NCBI GenBank assembly: GCA_963843975.1
Contig: CAWJMG010000001.1
Span: 930,001-962,000, forward strand
Direction of reading: 5' to 3'
DNA: 32,000 nucleotides
Source of the DNA: an uncultured Actinomycetes bacterium
Lineage (GTDB): Bacteria > Actinomycetota > Actinomycetes > S36-B12 > CAIYMF01
Of the stretch, positions 25,110 to 32,000 are shown in pieces. Numbering within the stretch: position 1 is the stretch's first letter; each line of letters begins with the position of its first letter. The position numbers were made by a program, and so were the translations under genes. The notes beneath the pieces are model-generated. The model was not told where the DNA came from, made no database searches, and saw only the letters and a program-made list of their open reading frames with translations.

Positions 25110-25877
25110 ATGACGGTGTCGCGGAGCGAGCTCGCCGGGGTGGTTCTGGCCGCGGGTGCGGGCACGCGGCTGCGGCCGCTGACCAACGAGCTGCCCAAGG
25201 CGATGTGCCCGGTCGGCAACCGGCCCCTGGTCGACTGGGCGATCGACCGCGTGACGCCGCACGTGTTATCGGTGGCGGTCAACGCGCACGAGTCGGCGCC
25301 GGCGCTCGTCGAGCACGTGCGCGGCCGCGTGCACGTGTCGGTCGAGAGCGGCGAGCGGCTCGGCACCGCGGGCGCGCTCGGTCGGCTGCGCCCGTGGATC
25401 GACGGCCGGCACGTGCTGGTGCACAACGCCGACTCGTTCGTCGACGACGACCTTGCGCTGCTCGTGGCCGGGTGGACAGGCGAGCAACCGCGGCTGCTCG
25501 TTCGGCAGGAGGACCATCCGAGCGACTTCGGCGTGATGAAGTTCCTCGGCGTCTCGCTTCTGCCGGCCCGCATGGCTGCCACGCTGCCCGACGAGCCCTG
25601 CGGCCTGTACTCCCTCGCCTGGAAGCCGGCGTACGACGCCGGGCTCCTCGAGCTGGTCGAGGCGCGCGGAACGTCGATCGACTGCGGCACCGCGGCCGAC
25701 TACCTGCGCGCCAACCTGCACGTGTCGGGCGGCGCGAACGTCGTCGACCCGACCGCGGTCGTCGAGGGCTCGATCACCCGCTGCGTCGTGTGGCCCAGTG
25801 CGCGGGTCGAGACCGGCGAGGTGCTCGTCGACGCGATCCGCTCGCCGCTCACCACCGTGAGCGGCGCGGAGCTCTGA
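25110..25877 (+). CDS. nucleotidyltransferase family protein (sugar-phosphate NTP-transferase fold)
   Basis: MTVSRSELAGVVLAAGAGTRLRPLTNELPKAMCPVGNRPLVDW (GxGTRL signature). ATG 25110 lies within the long artefactual ORF 23835..25877. Confidence 0.8.
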   Translation: MTVSRSELAGVVLAAGAGTRLRPLTNELPKAMCPVGNRPLVDWAIDRVTPHVLSVAVNAHESAPALVEHVRGRVHVSVESGERLGTAGALGRLRPWIDGRHVLVHNADSFVDDDLALLVAGWTGEQPRLLVRQEDHPSDFGVMKFLGVSLLPARMAATLPDEPCGLYSLAWKPAYDAGLLELVEARGTSIDCGTAADYLRANLHVSGGANVVDPTAVVEGSITRCVVWPSARVETGEVLVDAIRSPLTTVSGAEL

Positions 25878-25879
25878 GC

Positions 25880-25905
25880 GGTCTCGGTCCTGCGCCGTCG
25901 AGACC
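25880..25905 (+). terminator. weak hairpin after the nucleotidyltransferase gene
   Basis: GGTCTCG gtcctgcgccgt CGAGACC, 7-bp stem, starting 3 nt after the stop. Confidence 0.3.
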
Positions 25906-26092
25906 TGCGCGACGTGATGCCGTGACCTGGTGTGGCGACGCCTGGTCGGCGCGAGGCCCCGCGGGGTCGCCGTACAGCGCAGGCCTGCCCCCGGCGGGCG
26001 AGCGATGTCGGCATCGGGCGGCGGCTGGCAGCGTGCATCCCTACCCTCGGCAGTGCCCGCGTCAGCGGCAGTCAGACCGAGGAAGGCAGCGC

Positions 26093-27430
26093 ATGTCGGT
26101 ACGCACGTCGGCCGCCCCGGCCCGTCGGGTCTCCGCCGAGGAGGCCGCGGCCGTCGTCCGCTCGGGCGACTGGGTCGACTACGGCGCGGTGCTGTGCCAG
26201 CCCGACGCGTTCGACCGGGCGCTGGCCGCGCGCAAGGACGAGCTCACCCAGGTGAAGATCCGGTCGTGCATCACGACGCGTCCGCGCGCGGTGCTCGAGG
26301 CCGACCCCGAGGGCGAGCACTTCTACTGGTTCACCCTGCACATGAGCGGATACGACCGCGCGAAGGCAGACGCAGGCCGCGCGACGTACCTGCCCGTCAA
26401 CCTCGGCGAGATCCCCGACTACTACCGCCGCTTCATCGACCCGGTCGACGTCCTCGTGATCAAGACGCGCCCGGTCGACGCGGACGGGTACTTCAACCTC
26501 GGGCCCGCCAACCTCTGGCACCGCGCGGTGGCCGAGCGCGCGCGCATCATCGTGGTCGAGGAGACGCCGGGCCTGCCGCTCGCGCTCGGCGAGGACAACG
26601 CGCTGCACATCAGCGAGGTCGACTACGTGATCCCGGGCGACGACGGCCCGCCGCCGCTGCTCGCGAACCCGCCCGCCACCGAGACCGACGCCGCGGTCGC
26701 GCGGCTCATCGCGGCCGAGGTCGCCGACGGCTCGTGCCTGCAGATCGGCATCGGCGCGATGCCGAACGCGGTGTGCTCGCTGCTGCTCGACAGCGACGTG
26801 CGCGACCTCGGCGTGCACAGCGAGATGCTCACCGACGGGATCATCGACCTCTACCGGGCCGGCAAGATCACGGGCTCCCGCAAGACCCTGCAGCCCGGGA
26901 AGATCGGCTACAGCTTCGCCCTCGGCGGTCAGGCGCTGTACGACGCGATCGACGGCAACCACGACCTCACGTGCCTGCCCGTCGAGCATACGAACCTGCC
27001 GCACGTCGTGGCGCAGAACGACCGCGTGGTCTCGATCAACAGCACGACCGCGGTCGACCTCACCGGCCAGGCGGCGTCGGAGTCGGACGGCCACCGCCAG
27101 ATCAGCGGTACGGGGGGCCAGCTGCAGTTCGTGCGTGGCGCCTACGCGTCGTACGCGGGCAAGTCGTTCATGTGCCTCACGTCGACCTACGACCGCAAGG
27201 GCGAGCGCAAGAGCCGCATCGTTCTCGACCACACGCCCGGCACGGTGATCACGACGCCGCGCACCGACGTGATGTACGTGGTCACGGAGTTCGGCATCGT
27301 GAACCTCAAGGGGAAGTCGGTGGCCGAGCGGGCGCACGCCCTCATCTCGATCGCGCACCCCGACTTCCGCGAGGACCTCGAGCGCCAGGCCTACGAGAAC
27401 CGCCACATCCCCCGCGGCCTCACGCTCTAG
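26093..27430 (+). CDS. acetyl-CoA hydrolase/transferase family protein (CoA-transferase)
   Basis: 445 aa. MSVRTSAAPARRVSAEEAAAVVRSGDWVDYG..., IGIGAMPNAV, ISGTGGQLQFVRGAY, VVTEFGIVNLKGKS. GAGGAAGG RBS. The stop TAG (27428-27430) lies inside the IS target duplication. Confidence 0.9.
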   Translation: MSVRTSAAPARRVSAEEAAAVVRSGDWVDYGAVLCQPDAFDRALAARKDELTQVKIRSCITTRPRAVLEADPEGEHFYWFTLHMSGYDRAKADAGRATYLPVNLGEIPDYYRRFIDPVDVLVIKTRPVDADGYFNLGPANLWHRAVAERARIIVVEETPGLPLALGEDNALHISEVDYVIPGDDGPPPLLANPPATETDAAVARLIAAEVADGSCLQIGIGAMPNAVCSLLLDSDVRDLGVHSEMLTDGIIDLYRAGKITGSRKTLQPGKIGYSFALGGQALYDAIDGNHDLTCLPVEHTNLPHVVAQNDRVVSINSTTAVDLTGQAASESDGHRQISGTGGQLQFVRGAYASYAGKSFMCLTSTYDRKGERKSRIVLDHTPGTVITTPRTDVMYVVTEFGIVNLKGKSVAERAHALISIAHPDFREDLERQAYENRHIPRGLTL

Positions 27431-27431
27431 G

Positions 27432-28514
27432 TGTACTCGGCCAGGACGTTGGTGACAGTCAGCGTGGCGGCTTGATCGAAGTGAAGACCCCCGATGCGGT
27501 GGGTGGTGTCTAAGCAACCACTCACAACGGAGGTCTTCGTGGCCCACGCTAACGCCCGCCTGACGTTCCACGGTCGCTGCCTTCTGGTCCGCCGTGTCCG
27601 GTTCGACCTGCGACCGGTCGCGCATGTCGCGAAGGAGGCTCGGGGTCTCGCGCCAGTGCGCGCACCGTTGGGTGTCCCGGTTCGACGCGGAGGGCTGGGA
27701 CGGGCTGCACGAACGATCCAGCCGACCCAAGACGATGCCGACCCGGACCCCAGCGGCGGTCGAGGCCTCGGTGATCGCAGCCCGCTAGCGGCTGCGCCAG
27801 GGGCCGGTGTTCATCTCTGAGGCCACCGGGGTCCCGGAGCGAACCGTGACGCGGATCCTGCGCCGTGCCGGCCTGCCACGCCTGGCCGAGTGCGACCCCC
27901 TGACCGGGGACGTGATCCGGGCCTCGAGGCGAACCTTCCTCAGCTACGAACGCACCCGACCCGGATCGCTGATCCACGTGGATGTGAAGAAGCTCGGCAA
28001 GATCCCCGACGGTGGCGGCTGGCGCGCTCACGGCCGCGGCACCCGACCCGCCCGCAAGCGCCGGATCGGCTACGACTACGTCCATTCCGCGGTCGATGAC
28101 CACACCCGGCTCGCCTACTCCGAAGTCCTGCCCGACGAGAAGGGCCAGACCTGCGCCGACTTCCTGATCAGGGCACGGGAGTTCTTTGCCGGCCACGGCA
28201 TCACCGTCAAGCAGGTCCTCACCGACAACGCGAAGAACTACCTGATCTCGACCAAGTTCCGGGACACCGCCGCCGACCTGGACATCAGCCAGCTGTTCAT
28301 CCGCCCACACTGCCCGTGGCAGAACGGCAAGGTCGAACGCTTCAACAGGACCCTGCAAGTCGAGTGGGCCTACCGCCAGGTCTTCGCGAACAACGACGAC
28401 CGCACAGCCGCTCTGACACCCTGGCTCGAGCACTACAACCACCACCGCCGACACACCGCCCTCGGAGGCAAACCCCCGATCAGCCGCGTGTCACCAACGT
28501 GACGGCCGAGTACA
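27432..28514 (+). mobile_element. IS481-family insertion sequence (1083 bp) with intact ends and 6-bp target duplication
   Basis: IRL TGTACTCGGCCAGGACGTTGGTGACA (27432-27457). IRR reverse complement TGTACTCGGCCGTCACGTTGGTGACA (28489-28514), 23/26 identical. Flanking direct repeat TCTAGG at 27426-27431 and 28515-28520 fits the IS481 NCTAGN target. Confidence 0.88.
27539..28502 (+). pseudogene. IS481-family DDE transposase, inactivated by one frameshift and one in-frame TAG
   Basis: VAHANARLTFHGRCLLVRRV...RPVAHVAKE, then frameshift at about 27638, then LGVSRQCAHRWVSRFDAEGWDGLHERSSRP...IAAR, then TAG (27786-27788), then RLRQGPVFISEATGVPERTV...HVDVKKLGKIP...YVHSAVDDHTRLAY...TDNAKNY...PWQNGKVERFNRTL (DDE/rve core). 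Confidence 0.85.
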
Positions 28515-28526
28515 TCTAGGGGCGGA

Positions 28527-28940
28527 TCAGGCCGGGCAGGCGTCGAGCGCCTGCACGCTGACCTCGAAGGAACCCTTGGGGCGCAGGTAGCGGTAGCAGA
28601 CCTCGACGGTCGCGGTCTCCGCCTGACCACCCATGAGCTGTTGCGCACCCGTGCCCGTGATGCCCACGACGAGGTCGAGCGACCCGTGGGCGCCGTCGAC
28701 GGACACCACGCGCCCGTCACTGCCGACCTTCTGCACAGCGACGGCGGAGACGTCGGACAGGTCGTGCGGCACTGCGGCGTTCAAGCGCGTCTGGATCCTG
28801 TCGGCGGTCTCCCGCGTGTGCTCGGCCGCGATGTCGGCCGAGGTCGCGTTCGCAGCCCGCAGCACGTGCACCGCGACGTACGCCGCAGCCACCAGGGCGA
28901 CGGCGGCGACGGCCGCGATCACCCTCCCCCGCGTCCCCAT
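28527..28940 (-). CDS. hypothetical N-terminally membrane-anchored or secreted protein, last gene of the Tad-like operon
   Basis: 137 aa. MGTRGRVIAAVAAVALVAAAYVAVHVL (single N-terminal TM or signal anchor). Two Cys near the C-terminus (VCYRYL, LDACPA). Begins 45 nt downstream of the TadE-like gene on the same strand. No family recognised. Confidence 0.55.
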   Translation of the reverse strand: MGTRGRVIAAVAAVALVAAAYVAVHVLRAANATSADIAAEHTRETADRIQTRLNAAVPHDLSDVSAVAVQKVGSDGRVVSVDGAHGSLDLVVGITGTGAQQLMGGQAETATVEVCYRYLRPKGSFEVSVQALDACPA

Positions 28941-28985
28941 GGCCGCACGCTCACAGGTGCTCGAGGACCCGTCAACCGGATCGCT

Positions 28986-29366
28986 TCAGCGCATGCCGGC
29001 GCGCGCACCGGCCGTGATGCTGTCGGTGCCGGCGAGAAGGGCGAGCCAGGAGCGCCACGGGTCGTGCAGCGTCACCGTGGCACGGACGTCGATCGCGTCC
29101 TGCGCGGCCCGACAGGAGGAGAGCGTCGCGCCGTTGGCCGCAGCGACCGACGCCGCGGACCGGCACGCCGCCGGCGAGGACGCCGACGCGGCGGGTGCCC
29201 CCGCGAGGGCGGCGAGGTCGGCGGCGGCAGCTGCACGCGACCGCGCTGCGAGGACGTCGACGACGAACGCGATCAGCAGCAGAGCCAGGAGGAGCAGAGC
29301 GGTGATGCCGACCGCCCAGACCGACGCGGATCCGTCGTCGCCCCGACGGATCGTCCACCGGCTCAT
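28986..29366 (-). CDS. TadE-like pseudopilin of the actinobacterial helicase/secretion neighbourhood (Rv3654c-like)
   Basis: 126 aa. RRGDDGSASVWAVGITALLLLALLLIAFVVDVLAARSRAAAAADLAALAGA is the typical N-terminal helix followed by an Ala-rich segment. Its ATG overlaps the upstream stop (ATGA). Confidence 0.7.
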   Translation of the reverse strand: MSRWTIRRGDDGSASVWAVGITALLLLALLLIAFVVDVLAARSRAAAAADLAALAGAPAASASSPAACRSAASVAAANGATLSSCRAAQDAIDVRATVTLHDPWRSWLALLAGTDSITAGARAGMR

Positions 29367-29773
29367 GGCGCCACCGCCTCGGCGACCGGCTCGACGGCTG
29401 CGGTCGCCGACGACGACAGGTCGAACCTGCCCAGCCGGGCGAGACCACCCGGGGCACCGACCTCGCGCGCGACCGCGACCTCTACCCGGTCGCCGAGCAC
29501 GGTGACGCGGACCGACGCGTCAGGGGCGAGGCGGCGGGCCTCGGCCTCGATCACGGCCACGCTCTCGCCGCGCGCGGCCGCACGTGCCGCGGCCCGGGCA
29601 GCCTCGCCGACGGCGAGCTGGGCGCCGAGGAGGCCGACACCCCAGACGAGCACCGCGACGACTGCGACCAGTGCGAGCAGGGAGATGGCCGCCTCGACGG
29701 CGACGGCTCCCTCCTCGGGACGGGCGCGTCCCGGGAGCCCGCGGGCCCCCGGGACGCGACGTGAGCGGCTCAT
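29363..29773 (-). CDS. TadE family pseudopilin-like protein (Rv3655c-like)
   Basis: 136 aa. EEGAVAVEAAISLLALVAVVAVLVWGVGLLGAQLAV (TadE-type G-x-x-x-x-E plus hydrophobic helix). ATG 29773 lies 1 nt after the flp stop. A later in-frame start is possible. Confidence 0.65.
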   Translation of the reverse strand: MSRSRRVPGARGLPGRARPEEGAVAVEAAISLLALVAVVAVLVWGVGLLGAQLAVGEAARAAARAAARGESVAVIEAEARRLAPDASVRVTVLGDRVEVAVAREVGAPGGLARLGRFDLSSSATAAVEPVAEAVAP

Positions 29774-29774
29774 C

Positions 29775-30014
29775 TCAGCCGATGCCGAAGATCTGCAGGA
29801 CCAGCGTGATGATCCACTCGAGGATCTTCTTGAGCAGCTCGAGGAACCAGTCGCTCGTGAGCAGCTTGATGAGGATGCCGCCGAGGCCGGCGGCGGCCAC
29901 CGAGACGACGGCGTACTCGGCGGTGGCGGCTCCCTCGTCGCCGCGGAGCCGACGCAGGCGGGCCGCACGGCCGGTGAGCGTGGGAAGGACGACGGCGGCG
30001 TGCCGACGGGTCAT
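29775..30014 (-). CDS. Flp-type pilin (DUF4244/Rv3656c-like)
   Basis: 79 aa. Basic leader MTRRHAAVVLPTLTGRAARLRRLRGDEG, then ATAEYAVVSVAAAGLGGILIKLL (G/xxxxEY Flp processing motif plus hydrophobic core). GAGGAG RBS 5 nt upstream of ATG 30014. Confidence 0.7.
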   Translation of the reverse strand: MTRRHAAVVLPTLTGRAARLRRLRGDEGAATAEYAVVSVAAAGLGGILIKLLTSDWFLELLKKILEWIITLVLQIFGIG

Positions 30015-30216
30015 GGGATCTCCTCGCGGTAGGTGCCGGCGACCGTCGCCGGTGGCCGCACGCTCGCCCGGACGGCGGGCGCGGTGCCGTGACCCGGGCC
30101 CATTCCTGTGGACGACCGCCGTCGGCGGCGGTCTGTGGAGAACCCCGGCGATACGGGCCGGAGCGGTGGGGTCCTGCGACCGACAACGTCTGCGGCTCAC
30201 CGCTTCTGCGGGCTCG

Positions 30217-30942
30217 TCAGAGGAGCGTGGTGACCCACGACGCGACGACCGGGACGACGCCGAGCAGGACGAAGGCCGGCAGGAAGGCGAGCCCGAGCGG
30301 TGCGGTCAGCCGGACTGCGGCCGTTCGGGTGCGAGCCTCGACGGCTGACCGGTGGGTGGCTCGCAGGTCGTCGGCCACGCGCGGCAGGAGGGTCGCCAGC
30401 GGTGCGCCGGTTGCCGCCGAGCGGGCGGCGGCCCGGGCCAGGCCCGACAGCTCCGGCAGCTCGGCGACCGTGCGCCACACGTCGACGGGATCGGCGCCGA
30501 GGCGCAGCGCGGCGGTCGCCGTCGCGAGGACATCCCCGGCGGCGCCCGGAACGGCCCGCGACGCAGCCGCGACCGCCGACTCGACCGAGGCACCGGAGGC
30601 GAGGCAGGCGGCCAGCAGGTCGACGACGAGGGGCGCCTGCCGCGCGAGCTCCACCCGACGCGCGCGATCGGCGGTGGACTGCAGACGCGGCACTCCGACC
30701 CAGGTGGCGGCACCGATCACCGCCCCGGCAAGGACTCCGGCAGCGCCACCCAGCAGAACCGCGACCCCGAGGGCCACGAGCGCCGCGGCCGTGCGCGCGC
30801 CCGGACGCGGCAGCGCGCGCACGGACACGGCCGCAGCCCCTCGGCGAGATCCGCCCCGGACGCGCGGCACCGGCGCTCCGACGGCCACCACCACGAGCGC
30901 GACGGCGAGCAGCACGGGCAGGACCGACGGCGGGCCGCTCAC
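30217..30942 (-). CDS. type II secretion system F-family membrane protein (TadC-like)
   Basis: 241 aa from GTG 30942, which overlaps the upstream stop (GTGA). N-terminal TM SVLPVLLAVALVVVAV. T2SSF-like core ELARQAPLVVDLLAACLASGASVESAV. C-terminal TMs LTAPLGLAFLPAFVLLGVVPVVA. Confidence 0.7.
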   Translation of the reverse strand: MSGPPSVLPVLLAVALVVVAVGAPVPRVRGGSRRGAAAVSVRALPRPGARTAAALVALGVAVLLGGAAGVLAGAVIGAATWVGVPRLQSTADRARRVELARQAPLVVDLLAACLASGASVESAVAAASRAVPGAAGDVLATATAALRLGADPVDVWRTVAELPELSGLARAAARSAATGAPLATLLPRVADDLRATHRSAVEARTRTAAVRLTAPLGLAFLPAFVLLGVVPVVASWVTTLL

Positions 30943-31598
30943 AGGTCGGCCTCGAGCGAGGTGACGATGCGCCACGACCAGAGGGCGCCCACGGCCTCGA
31001 GCGCGACGCCCGCGACTAGCACTGCGACCCCCACCCCCGTGCCGAGCAACCACGAGAACGGGTCGGCACCGAGGCTCGCCCCGAGGCCCAGCCCCACGAT
31101 CGGAAGCCCGGCCAGCACCAGCGCTGTCGCGCGGGGCTCGGCCAGGCCGGCACGAAGGTCGCGACGCACCCGTTCGGATTCGCGCGCGGCATCCGCGAGC
31201 GCGGTGAGCGAGGCCGCGAGACCGGCGCCCGAGCCGTGCGCGACCTCCCAGCAGGCGGCCACCGCCCGCACCAGGTCGGACGCCGACGCATCGGTGCGCA
31301 GCGCGAGCGCGACGTCGCCACCGCTGCGCGCCGCAGCCGTGGCCGCGACCACAGCGCTCGACGGCAGCGGGGCCGACGCCGCGGCGACCACCGCTGAGGC
31401 CGGGTCGCGACCCGCACGGGTCTCGGCGGCGAGCGCCTCGACCCACTCGAGCTCGGCCCTGCGACGCTCTGCTGCCGGCACGGGCCGGCGCCAGCGCGGC
31501 GCGCTCCCGAGACCGCGTCCCCGTGCTGCCGGAGGACCGGGCACGGCGAGGAGGACGCAGAGGACGACGGCGACGGCCGAGATCAGCGCGGCCGTCAC
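30939..31598 (-). CDS. type II secretion system F-family membrane protein (TadB-like)
   Basis: 219 aa from GTG 31598, which overlaps the tadA stop (GTGA). VTAALISAVAVVLCVLLAV, ELEWVEALAAETRAGRDPASAV, C-terminal TMs ALVLAGLPIVGLGLG and GVGVAVLVAGVALEAVG. Confidence 0.7.
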   Translation of the reverse strand: MTAALISAVAVVLCVLLAVPGPPAARGRGLGSAPRWRRPVPAAERRRAELEWVEALAAETRAGRDPASAVVAAASAPLPSSAVVAATAAARSGGDVALALRTDASASDLVRAVAACWEVAHGSGAGLAASLTALADAARESERVRRDLRAGLAEPRATALVLAGLPIVGLGLGASLGADPFSWLLGTGVGVAVLVAGVALEAVGALWSWRIVTSLEADL

Positions 31599-32000
31599 GG
31601 CGAGGCCGGCGCATGGTCGCCGAGGCGGGCGACGAGACGGTCGAGCGCCGGGCCGCGGACGAGCGAGCCGTCGCGTCCGCTGACGAACGCGTCGTCGAGC
31701 ACCGTCACGTCGCCGTCTCGCCGGGCGATGGACAGCGACGACCAACGGCGTACGCCGTCCCGCCCGCGCTCGAGATGCAGGACGACGTCGAGACCGGCGG
31801 CCATCTGCGCGTGCACGGCGGCGCGGTCGAGGCCGCCGGTGAGCGCAAGCGCCTCGAGCCGCGCGGGGACGTCGGCCGCGCTGTTGGCGTGGACCGTGGT
31901 GAGCCCCCCCTCGTGCCCGGTGTTGAACGCGGCGAGCATGTCGACCACCTCGGCGCCGCGGACCTCGCCCACCACCACGCGGTCGGGCCGCATCCGCAGC
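31595..32000 (-). CDS. TadA/CpaF-family secretion ATPase, N-terminal part outside the window
   Basis: LRMRPDRVVVGEVRGAEVVDMLAAFNTGHEGGLTTVHANSA (Walker B / His-box region of VirB11-CpaF ATPases). The frame stays open to the window edge upstream of the ORF-track Met at 31993. Confidence 0.85.
   Translation of the reverse strand, partial: LRMRPDRVVVGEVRGAEVVDMLAAFNTGHEGGLTTVHANSAADVPARLEALALTGGLDRAAVHAQMAAGLDVVLHLERGRDGVRRWSSLSIARRDGDVTVLDDAFVSGRDGSLVRGPALDRLVARLGDHAPASP

Noticed and set aside
23835-27430. Long N-terminal extensions of ORFs 23835..25877 and 25049..27430
   Set aside because: Only the 3' parts (from 25110 and 26093) show enzyme motifs and RBSs. The upstream parts are Arg-rich out-of-frame readthrough of neighbouring genes.
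27539-27800. Programmed ribosomal frameshift as the explanation for the split IS transposase
   Set aside because: IS481-family transposases are normally single ORFs. The shift is of the +1 type with no slippery heptamer at about 27638, and an independent in-frame TAG follows. Decay or sequencing error fits better.
1-32000. Search for tRNA, rRNA, CRISPR arrays and prophage or integrase signatures
   Set aside because: No cloverleaf-compatible sequence turned up in any intergenic region inspected. There are no regularly spaced short direct repeats, and no integrase or phage genes. The only mobile DNA seen is the IS481 copy. This was a manual scan without tRNAscan or Infernal, so small RNAs cannot be excluded.

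Overview
Very GC-rich actinobacterial chromosomal segment: G/C-saturated third codon positions, frequent GTG starts, and ATGA/GTGA start-stop overlaps. The backbone is the conserved replication and topology neighbourhood also seen around M. tuberculosis Rv3644c-Rv3659c. It comprises a PSP1/RicT-like protein, tmk-holB, topA, a DECH-box helicase carrying a DUF1998 4-Cys domain, and a Flp/Tad-like pilus operon (tadA partial, tadB, tadC, flp-like pilin, two TadE-like genes and one orphan anchored protein). Accessory genes are interspersed: fused isobutyryl-CoA mutase icmF, a histidine phosphatase, an alpha/beta hydrolase, a spermidine-synthase-like methyltransferase, a transglutaminase-like protein, rifampin ADP-ribosyltransferase arr, a LuxR/LAL regulator translationally coupled to a single-domain globin, an NPPF-motif methyltransferase, membrane H+-pyrophosphatase hppA, a nucleotidyltransferase, a CoA-transferase, and one IS481-family element with intact ends but a dead transposase. 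No tRNA, rRNA or CRISPR array was seen. Non-coding structures not explained by genes: a compound 34-bp-armed inverted repeat (1575-1717); an in-frame 60-bp-period triplication of a gene 3' end (2561-2726); a 20-bp perfect palindrome inside the tmk 3' end just upstream of holB; and twin hairpins with a compensatory base change after the helicase gene. Four reading-frame breaks, all of the same +1 type, affect three genes and may be sequencing errors or real decay. The best candidate for an uncharacterised system is the helicase plus Tad-like secretion neighbourhood. The LAL-globin pair is the second.
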